64,000 nt of DNA, taken from an uncultured Methanosarcinaceae archaeon (lineage in GTDB: Archaea; Halobacteriota; Methanosarcinia; Methanosarcinales; Methanosarcinaceae). Shown here one piece after another: positions 55,438 to 64,000 of this stretch. The notes under the pieces were generated by a model that searched no databases, was not told where the DNA came from, and saw only the letters and a program-made list of their open reading frames with translations. Position 1 is the stretch's first letter; every line of letters begins with the position of its first letter. The DNA lies in contig CAVSHT010000005.1 of NCBI GenBank assembly GCA_963727895.1, forward strand, positions 96,001-160,000, read 5' to 3'. Both the position numbers and the translations under genes were made by a program.

Positions 55438-55636
55438 ATCATTCAGCTTGCCTGCAGATGCCGATCCTATGTACCGGGCAGCAGCTGGGAGGGGTCTGGA
55501 AAGCTAGAGGAGCTATATCCGGAGGATTCGCTCTGCTGCGGACGTAATGCTCTAAAAAGGACTCAAGCCGACAAGCCATTTTTTGCATGTCGGTTTCACT
55601 TCATTTTGCGGGCAAGTTCAATGATTGATCTTTTTT
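55438..55636 (+). ncRNA. Candidate structured ncRNA (unknown family)
   Basis: ~23-bp closing stem (55438-55460 with 55602-55625) containing three G-U pairs valid only on the + strand. Internal stems and a 3' U-tract. Confidence 0.5.
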
Positions 55637-55804
55637 CTCGGAGTTCATAAAAAGTATTATTAAAAAGTGTATTTCCTGCATCGTAATATCTGTTACATTT
55701 AAGAATAGTAACTTTCCAAGTGAATAGATTGATTAACTTTTCTTAATTGAAAATTTGCACTTATTTTGCAGCAGAGTCAAATTTTTTCATAATATCTTCA
55801 AGTC

Positions 55805-56506
55805 TTAAAATACCATAATTGCTCTTACAAAAAGTAGTCCAAATGTCAGAAAACCAGTGATGTATAATAAAATTATTGTTATAGCTGGCTTTTCAGTAGT
55901 TTCTTTTTGTATTTCTTCATCTTTAGAGCTCGTTTTATTCAATATGTTTTTGAACCAATTTAAAGCCAAAATAACTATTACTATCAGTCCTATTTTTTCG
56001 GGAACAATTCCCATTTTTACAGGAATAAAAGTATTTTCATGAATCGAGATTCTACTTGGTCCTATAACTACTTGCGGGAACTTAGTTATAAAAGATTCTT
56101 TTAGCAACTCCAATAAATATGTGATATTATCACGTTGATCTTTTGGAAAACCCCATCCAAGAAAAGGCCAAAATAAAGTTTGAGGAGTCTTCCACATATG
56201 GTCTTCCATTAAATGGAAAAAAGAACCTGAAGCGAGGGTAATGATTCTAATGTCAAATCTTTTGTTGTATAAGTATAAGCCTATCAAGAAGAGGGTAATA
56301 GAAAATACTAATGTATGAGCTATAATGCGTCCATTTGAAATGGTAGAAGCAAAGACAATCATTCCAAGTGGTTTATCTATCAAATCAGGCAAAAGGGCTC
56401 CAATAGCAAGATATTTTGGATCTATGATAGTCTTTAATCTTAGTGCAAAATAGGAAAATACAAAAAATACCCCCAGTGTAATCCCAATATGTCCAAAAAG
56501 TAGCAT
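55805..56506 (-). CDS. Membrane-bound metal-dependent hydrolase (YdjM-like)
   Basis: LFGHIG, GALLPDLIDK, IAHTL and FFHLMED motifs. Confidence 0.85.
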   Translation of the reverse strand: MLLFGHIGITLGVFFVFSYFALRLKTIIDPKYLAIGALLPDLIDKPLGMIVFASTISNGRIIAHTLVFSITLFLIGLYLYNKRFDIRIITLASGSFFHLMEDHMWKTPQTLFWPFLGWGFPKDQRDNITYLLELLKESFITKFPQVVIGPSRISIHENTFIPVKMGIVPEKIGLIVIVILALNWFKNILNKTSSKDEEIQKETTEKPAITIILLYITGFLTFGLLFVRAIMVF

Positions 56507-56609
56507 AATAACACAAAATACCTCTTTTTTAATCTTTGAAATTTTCTAAGTTGTAGCTTGTTGCCTTCATTCCCTATTAAATTTTATGTGTTTGGCATAG
56601 ACTATCTCT

Positions 56610-57526
56610 TCACTCTTTCTCAATTTTGACGAATTTAAATTTTTCTTTGAATATGGAATATAGATAGACAAATAAAGGTAGGATAATAATTTCTAAGAAC
56701 CATTGCCAATTAGTTTCAATAAAATATCTTGTATTAAAATCTACTTCAATGTCCTCTTTTTTATTTCCGAGTGTTTTGTAAGAAAGAACGTTAGAATTTT
56801 CTGAAAATGGGATTACATTGTCAACACTTAACAACAGTGTATGTTTTCCAGATTTTAGTGGTGTCACTTGCCAACTCCATGTTGTAGGTATTCCATCTAG
56901 TATAGGTTGAGCTTCTGTAGTGGAAACTGAGTCCACCTCAAAAGCACCTGGTTCTCCTCCCACTAGTGTAAGTTTTACAAGTGGGTTTGTAGTAATGTTT
57001 GTAGATTTTAATGCTTCACTTATCCCATCTTCTTCAATAATATTTTTGTAAGTATCTTTACTTAAAGATGCATAAACTGTTTGAGTTTGTCCCACTTCCA
57101 TTTTTTGAGTAACAGTCAATGGAATTTCTGTTAATGTAGATGTTTCTGTTGGTGCAGGTGTTTCTGTTATTGGTATTAGAGTAGGTGATATTGAAACCAT
57201 TTTTCCAGGACTAACACTTATAGCCTGAGACCAATCTTCATATATATCACTGTGTAAAGTAATTTTATGAGAACCTGTGATGTTGTTTAAAACCATTGGC
57301 GTCTCCCCAAGATCCTCACAATCAAGACGAATATAGGCACCAGAGGGAGAAGAAGTAATTGAAATGGAGTTTATACTTTCTGTATGATTAACATAATAAT
57401 GGTCGTAAATAAAAAAGGAAGTAGATAAAAGAACAGTTATTAACAAAACAAATTTCGTGATAAAAATAACCTTCGTATTATAAAAACCATACCATTTTTT
57501 ACTTTTCTTATAATGTCTATTATCAT
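56610..57526 (-). CDS. PEGA-domain membrane protein, N-terminus probably frameshifted
   Basis: SITSSPSGAYIRLD...LGETP...GSHKITL PEGA motif and a C-terminal TM. ATG 57526 is 1 nt out of frame at an A6 run. Confidence 0.7.
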
Positions 57527-57826
57527 ATTCTACTAAAATTAAGACACTAACTATTATAATAAATATTAATATATTATATGGAAAATGTTAATTAGGTTAT
57601 AAAGACTACCCCATAGCATCTAAACCACAACTATACACTTTTTTCAAAGATATTGATTTCATTTTATATTAAATAGTTAGGTTTGTTTACATCTGTGAAA
57701 AATTATAGATTTAACTAATCCCAAAAATGAAAAACTTCTCTCACAAAAATTCCTAAAATCATTAACTCTCATGTTCACCATCCAATTGGATTAATGAAAT
57801 GAGCCTCGACAAGTAAACAAACTTTT

Positions 57827-58297
57827 TCATATAGATTTATGTGCCCTAAATCTTACAGTATAATTCCAGAGATTTCCTTCAACTTTATCCAGGATAAAAC
57901 CAGCTTTTTCTCCTAACTTAATAGTAGTAGATTTTAAAGGGTAATCTGGATCAGGTAAAAAGATCGAAGAAATTGTCATCAAAGGGTAGTTTATGCACAT
58001 CTCCTTCTACAAGACTGATATTTTTGATATCCCTATATTCTGGTCTGGATAATTTCTTTTTTAGCTGGATTAACATTTTTGGTTGGATGTCAAGAGCGTA
58101 TACTTCTCCTTTAATTCCATTAGCCCTTGCAGCAAAAGTTGTAAACGCTCCACTTCCGCACCCAACCTCGAGAATACGCATTCCTTCTTTTATACCGCTT
58201 CGCTTTATCACTTTATCAGGAGGCTGCAATTTTCTTTTAAAATCGCTATCTAAAAAAGGTCCCATAAATGCTGGTGGTGAAAGTACATAAAATCTTT
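57827..58297 (-). pseudogene. Class I SAM methyltransferase, 5'-truncated by IS1, with an internal deletion
   Basis: ILEVGCGSG, ALDIQ and LPFDDNFFDL, then an out-of-frame jump to PDPDYPLKSTT...NLWNYTVRF. Confidence 0.85.
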
Positions 58298-58859
58298 GGC
58301 ATTGTTACTTAAATATATCTAGTTCTTTATTTCATCAATATAATAACCGAGTACTTTAGCATTTCAAGACTCTTCGTATAACACTTTGTCTTTCTTCTCA
58401 ACCTTGCCAAAAAGTGCCTCAATATGCTGTTATATCCTTCAACAGTATACGTCTCTGCTTTTGATTGAGTATGGATCTTTTCTGGACGAAACTCTGCATA
58501 TGCTCTCCAGTGATCTGTCATCACTTCTCCAATCTCTTTTTTCTTCACTTTTTCCCAGAGCAGTTTTCCAGTTTCCGTTCCTCTGCTGCCAAAAGAGCAG
58601 TTGATGAACTTTTTCCCAACTCTATCAACAGCAATCTAGATCCAGCAATATTTTTTTTGTTACCGATGTAAGTGTGCATTTCATCCATTTCAACAATAGA
58701 TATCTCACTTTCACTTTTTAGGTTCTCTAACTCCTGACCAAATTTCTTTATCCATTTTTGGACAGAAACATGACTTACCCCTAAAACGCACATGCTTTTC
58801 TTCGAATAACAAGCACAACTAATGAAAGTACTCTCCGTTCTTTTTTTTGACTATTAAGC

Positions 58860-59005
58860 CCTCATTACCTTGGGCAGTAAGGTTGTCTTGATTTTGGTTA
58901 TTCAAAACCGTTCTAAAACTAATCAGTGAATTGCCATCGAAGGCTCAAGTGTGACTTTGATCACGGATGCTAAATTGGCCTTTTAGGCAATTCCACTGCC
59001 CAAAT
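58860..59005 (+). ncRNA. Putative bridge RNA of the IS110 element
   Basis: Closing stem TTGGGCAGT/ACTGCCCAA with two arms. The arms' internal loops carry CTAAAA (target-like) and ATGCTAAA (donor-junction match). Confidence 0.6.
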
Positions 59006-59022
59006 AAATTTGGCGATCTAAT

Positions 59023-60287
59023 TTGATTTAAGTCATAAACAAAGCTTGTGGTTTAGACATTCACAAACTCTTTTTCATTGCTACAATTTTCAGCAGATCT
59101 GGTGAAAAACAACAGCAACGTTTCAACAGAGATGATGAAGGAATTTTAGCCCTTAAAAATTGGGTAATATCAGAAAAATGTGATGTTGTTGCATGTGAAT
59201 CAACCAGCGACTTTTGGGTTCCGATTCATGATTCATTGATAAAGCATCTAACTGTGATAGTTGGAAATGCGCGAGATATGAAGGTATTTACCCATACAAA
59301 AACAGATAAGATTGACTCAGAAGTCATTGCACAACTTGCACTTAATAATATGATTCAGCCATCAAGAGTTTTTCCAAAGGATCATATAGATTTTAGATCA
59401 TATGTTCGACTTCGGTTAACACTTGTACAAAAAAGAACAGATTTAAAAAATAAAGCTCACTCAATTCTTGCATCTGAAATTCAATTCTTGCATCTGAAAT
59501 GCTACACCTGAATAATGTGCTGACAGACGTTTTTGGCAAGAATGGCAGAATGATCTTATTAGGAATCTCTTCAGGTAAGAGTGTTGATCAGATTATTGCA
59601 AGCCTCTCTCCAAATGTTCGGAAAAAAGCTGCTCAGATAAGAGAAATTCTTGATCGAGAAATTTCTCAAAGTGCTGCATTCAGACTTCAGATCTGTCTGA
59701 AACTCATAAAAAGTCTTGATGATGAACTCGAAGCTTTAGAAACAGAAATTTTCAATTATGCTTCTCGAAATCATAAGCGAGAAATGGAGATTTTAATGTC
59801 AGTTCCAGGTATAGGGGAACTTGGTGCGGCAATTTTACTTGCTGAAATAGGCAACTTTAAGGATTTTTCTTCTGGAAATAAGCTTGCTTCTTGGCTTGGT
59901 CTAGTTCCTAATGTGTATCAATCTGCAGATAAATACTATAACGGCAGAATCACAAAGAGGGGATCAAAAGTAGCAAAGTGGATTCTGACACAGATTGCTC
60001 AAGCAGCAGCAAGAAAGAAGAATAGCAGGTTAAAAGAGTTTTTTAACAGAAAAAAGAAGTCGATTGGACATGCAAAAGCAATTATTGCCTTAGCAAGGAA
60101 AATTGCAACGATACTATGGCATCTTATTACAAACGATGAGATGGACGAAGATGAAACCGGATATCAAAAGGGAGAAATCCAAAAGAGAAAGATTATTGAA
60201 ACTGAGATTTTTTCGGTTGATGAACGGATTAAAATAATTAGTGAAATATTTGCGATTATGGGGAAAAAGGATCAGGAGAGCACGTGA
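59023..60287 (+). pseudogene. IS110 DEDD recombinase, inactivated
   Basis: TTG 59023 with TAA at codon 3. GLDIHK, ACESTS, KTDKIDS, SVPGIG and QSAD motifs. A 20-bp tandem duplication (59461-59500) causes a frameshift. Confidence 0.92.
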
Positions 60288-61003
60288 GGATAATCTCCTC
60301 ATGTACTTTCATGCTAAAATCGTCCTATTGAGCGAAAGCCCAATCCTTCAAGATAGTTGTAAAGCCTGTTTTTTGACAGAGGCGGAAAAAGCAGTTGATT
60401 TTAGCTCTACTGTATAGTTATATCCACAATCAGAGCATTTGTACCGTTGACGCCAGCCAACTATACCATTCTTTTTGTGACTGGAACTATTACATTTTGG
60501 GCAGTTCATGAAGAAATATAGGTTCTCATAATAACTAACTATAGTTAATTATCAAAGCCAAATATAATTTACACATCCAAGGATATTAGTTGCCTAGTCT
60601 AAGTCTTATTGCAAAAGTGATCCCAAAAGATTAACGAAGGTATATTAAAATATCCATGTTAAGATGTGAAATATAGAGACTATCCAAAAGTGGACCCCTT
60701 AAGATTTATGAAATATATTATGGCAAAAAAGAAATTGTACATGGATAAGTGCTCTTTGACAACCTTTAGATGAAAATAGAACCAATTAAATCACTACAAA
60801 AAAACCAAAAAGAAGCCCTTAATACCTTAGAAAGATAATTAAAAAATACTTAATTCTGTATGAAGTAGCAAATAGCAATATAGGCACAAATATTTGATGT
60901 TTTAGATCTATTATTTTACAACTTACAGTTATTTTACAACTTACAGTTATTGATTTTTGTTAATTTAAGTCCTACAATAATACAATAATCTGGAAGATAA
61001 AAT

Positions 61004-61414
61004 ATGGATAAATTTAGCAAAAATGCTATAGCTACGAAAAAACAATTATATATTGACGCATACATCGACGCATTTGGCTGGGGATTTGTACTATGGCTTA
61101 TTGGTTATCTTCTTGGTGTTGGTCTTTTCTTTGTAGTTCCCAATGATATGATAGGCTGGGTCATCTTACCTATTGGAACCATAATAACGATCTGGATACT
61201 TTTTAACAAGATAAAAGGCGACTCAATCAGTTACTATCTTTACCTGGCAGTTAACTGGACATTGGTTGCTATTGTTTTTGATTATATATTCGTCATCAAA
61301 GCGTTAAGTGTGAAAGAATATTACAAACCAGACGTCTATATATATTACTTCTTTACTTTCAGCCTTCCTCTTGTTGTCTATTATTTATATAAAAAATATA
61401 TATATATAAATTAG
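61004..61414 (+). CDS. Small 4-TM membrane protein of unknown function
   Basis: 136-aa ORF with four hydrophobic segments. Confidence 0.7.
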   Translation: MDKFSKNAIATKKQLYIDAYIDAFGWGFVLWLIGYLLGVGLFFVVPNDMIGWVILPIGTIITIWILFNKIKGDSISYYLYLAVNWTLVAIVFDYIFVIKALSVKEYYKPDVYIYYFFTFSLPLVVYYLYKKYIYIN

Positions 61415-61482
61415 AGAAAGCCTTTGTGATATAAAATACTCTAGCAACTCCTTTGAGTATCTACTGGTTCCTGAATAAAATA

Positions 61483-62202
61483 TTATACAGAGCTACCTAA
61501 ATCTGAGTAAAATCGATCCTCATTAGATGCACTACCATAAATGTAAAATGCAATTAAGAGAAGCCAGAAATCACCTATATAGATTCCATAAATTGCCATA
61601 AGAATAGCAATAAACTTTCCGATTGAGGCTGCAATATGGGTAGCTTTTACATAAGACATTTTTCTGGCAAAAAAGGAACGGAGTATCCTGCCCCCATCCA
61701 TAGGAAAAGCAGGCAGTAAATTAAAGATTCCAAGTGTCAGGTTCATCGATCCAATAATCCAGATAATAAGATATATAGGATTTTGAAAAAGTGCAGAGTT
61801 AGGGGAGATCATGTAACTGTATGTGAACAGGCAGATAAAACCTATAATGATGCTTGTCAAAGGCCCTGCAAAAGCTATCTTTGCTTCTTGTCCAGGTTTC
61901 TTTGGGATTTCCATAGAGGCTACACCTCCAAAGAGAAGGAGCGTGATGCTGGCAATATGGGCTCCATAACGCTTTGCAATATAAGAGTGTGCAAGTTCAT
62001 GTAAAAGTACTGAGGAAAAAAGGAAGATGGCAGAAAGAACAGAAAAAGCATATCTAACTATAGATGGATCAACTTCCGCAAAACCATATGGCTGTGAATT
62101 TATCGCAAAAAAATATGCAGATATTGGAAGTGCCAGAAGGAAAGATGTGTCTAGTTTGATAGGTATGTTCATTATACTTCCGATTTTTAAAGATGATTGC
62201 AT
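61483..62202 (-). CDS. Site-2 protease (peptidase M50), no CBS domains
   Basis: LHELAH, AFAGP and FNLLPAFPMDGGR motifs. Likely ATG at 62202. Confidence 0.88.
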   Translation of the reverse strand: MQSSLKIGSIMNIPIKLDTSFLLALPISAYFFAINSQPYGFAEVDPSIVRYAFSVLSAIFLFSSVLLHELAHSYIAKRYGAHIASITLLLFGGVASMEIPKKPGQEAKIAFAGPLTSIIIGFICLFTYSYMISPNSALFQNPIYLIIWIIGSMNLTLGIFNLLPAFPMDGGRILRSFFARKMSYVKATHIAASIGKFIAILMAIYGIYIGDFWLLLIAFYIYGSASNEDRFYSDLGSSV

Positions 62203-62775
62203 AATGAAAAAACTCCGTTTTATTTCTATAAAATTAAACAATTAATATTTTAAACTTGAGTTTGAAGTGTATTTTTAAAACTTGAAAATATTTATGAAAT
62301 TTATATCTTTATTTGATATGTATAAATGTAGAATTTGTTTCCTATTTTACCTTAGATTAGTCAAGAAATATATAATTCAAAATAACTGTATATAAACTGT
62401 ATATAATAAGTGCTAAATTAGATTAGAAAGTCATAACTGATTTAAATATTGCAAAATGATATTAAATTACCAATAAATTTATATTTCTATATCCAGTATA
62501 TAATATATGCGAATAAGGTCCAAAAAAACTAGTGTTAAAACATTAGAAGGATCAGATACACTACTTTTGATTATGAAATTCGCGAACAAGAGTCTTAAAA
62601 TAAGAACTAGGAACCTTGATGCAAGCATTGCAGCCGTATTAATTTGATGATATGTATGCTTTAAGGGCATTTGGCATTTGAATCATAAAAATTGAACCAC
62701 CTTTATTTGCTTCTTGTTTTTGGGTGGTCATATAGAATCGGCATATTGCATCATGAAATTATAGAGTTGATAAAC

Positions 62776-62973
62776 ATGGAAAAAAAGAACTTTCTAAAAT
62801 CACGAGGATTTCGACGAGATGTTGCGATGGTTAAAGACTGTATATGTCCGTTGTGCACGGAAAAAGTAGACGAACACGAATTCCGAAACGAAGTATTTAT
62901 CAAGGAATTTAAGAGTTCTGGGCTGTGTCAAGAATGTCAGGACACGGTTTTTGGATATAAGGTAGCGTGGTAA
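62776..62973 (+). CDS. Small CPxC/CxxC zinc-finger protein (65 aa)
   Basis: CPLC...SGLCQECQD. ATG 62776 follows GAGTTGA. Confidence 0.75.
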   Translation: MEKKNFLKSRGFRRDVAMVKDCICPLCTEKVDEHEFRNEVFIKEFKSSGLCQECQDTVFGYKVAW

Positions 62974-63177
62974 CAGATCAATTACTATTAATTAAGTATT
63001 GGAAATCTCTGTTTTTAGAGGTGACAAATATGGACTTTGGTTTACCTCTAACTCTGCCTTTTATTCTTTTCAGGATTTTCAAATCATTTCATTAATTTCT
63101 CTGGTTAATTTTTTTGGTTTTTCTTATTCATTTTCTGTATTGATACTGATTTATATAGGTTTTCTTAAAGCCATTTT

Positions 63178-63916
63178 GGCATTGTTAATTAAACATAGTT
63201 AACTCTTTATTTCTGTATTTCATCAATAGAATAACCGAGTACTTTAGCATTTCAAGACTTTTTGTATAACACTTTGTCTTTCTTCTCAATCTTGCTAGAA
63301 AATGCCTCAATATGCTGTTATATCCCTCAACTGTAAATGTTTCTGCTTTTGATTGAGTATGACTCTTTTCTGGAAGAAACTCTGCATATGCTCTCCAGTG
63401 ATCTGTCATTACTTCTCCAATCTCTTTTTTCTTCACTTTTTCCCAGAGTAGTTTTCCAGTTTCTGTTTCTCTGCTACCAAAAGAGCAGTTGATGAACTTT
63501 TTCCCAACTCTATCAACAGCAATCCAGATCCAGCAATATTTTTTTTGTTACCGATGTAAGTGTGCATTTCATCCATTTCAACAATAGATATCTCATTTTC
63601 ACTTTTTAGGTCCTCTAACTCCTGACCAAATTTCTTTATCCATCTTTGGACAGAAACATGACTCACCCCTAAAAATCGTCCTATTGAACGAAAGCCCAAT
63701 CCTTCAAGATAGAGTTGTAAAGCCTGTCTTTTTACAAAAGCGGAAAAAGCAGTTGATTTTAGCTCTACTGTATAGTTATAGCCACAATCAGAGCATTTGT
63801 ACCGTTGACGCCCGCCAACTATACCGTTTTTTTGTGACTGGAACTATTGCATCTGGGGCAGTTCATGAAGAAATATACTTTCTAATAGTATATAACTATG
63901 TTTAAGTATCAAAGCC
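63178..63916 (-). mobile_element. IS1-family element copy 7 (739 bp, 1-bp deletion in insA)
   Basis: Perfect 8-bp DR GCCATTTT. Near-identical to copy 4. Confidence 0.96.
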
Positions 63917-63945
63917 GCCATTTTTTCTTAAAGCCATTTATTCTC

Positions 63946-64000
63946 TTAAGTTTCTTCAGCATCATCACTAGGACCCATAACTCTGGCCAACAATTTTGTT
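63946..64000 (-). CDS. Possible 3' end of a gene entering from the right edge
   Basis: Open frame ...TKLLARVMGPSDDAEET*. Too short to identify. Confidence 0.3.
   Translation of the reverse strand, partial: TKLLARVMGPSDDAEET

Larger units (their letters stand above)
58784..60315 (+). mobile_element. IS110-family element with long left and short right non-coding ends
   Basis: Boundaries are defined by the interrupted IS1 and are ambiguous within CTAAAA. Subterminal 10-bp IR ATGAAAGTAC (58822) / GTACTTTCAT (60303). Confidence 0.9.
58298..60559 (-). mobile_element. IS1-family element copy 6, interrupted by IS110
   Basis: IS1 sequence stops at CCCCTA (~58783) and resumes as AAAATCGTCC (~60316). 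No DR. Confidence 0.93.

Noticed and set aside
55424..55625. c-di-AMP (ydaO) riboswitch, hammerhead ribozyme or group II intron domain V
   Set aside because: ATCGCTGAA, CTGAAGA and AGCCG..CGGTT resemble fragments of these. The GGGGGA/CCCGAA, GAAA and domain VI elements are missing, and the RNA lies downstream of the transporter.

Overview
AT-rich archaeal DNA, very probably Methanosarcina, judged from the fpo operon, cofG/cofH/cofH/cofC, geranylgeranyl reductases, tes, dtdA and 740-bp IS1 elements. The window shows heavy genome erosion. It holds seven IS1-family copies, one IS6, an IS256 remnant, an IS110 nested in an IS1, a 144-bp IS4-type MITE and well over a dozen pseudogenes. The pseudogenes include five core subunits of the F420H2 dehydrogenase operon (fpoC, D, H, L, M), tetraether synthase (tes), trkA, glgX and a SulP permease. 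F420 biosynthesis and both ferredoxin/reductase pairs are intact. The most novel signals are non-coding. One is a bridge-RNA-like two-arm structure in the left end of the IS110, whose loops match the element's donor junction and its insertion site. The other is an unannotated ~190-nt strongly base-paired RNA downstream of a KimA-like K+ transporter. All calls come from reading the sequence and recalling family motifs. No searches or folding programs were run.
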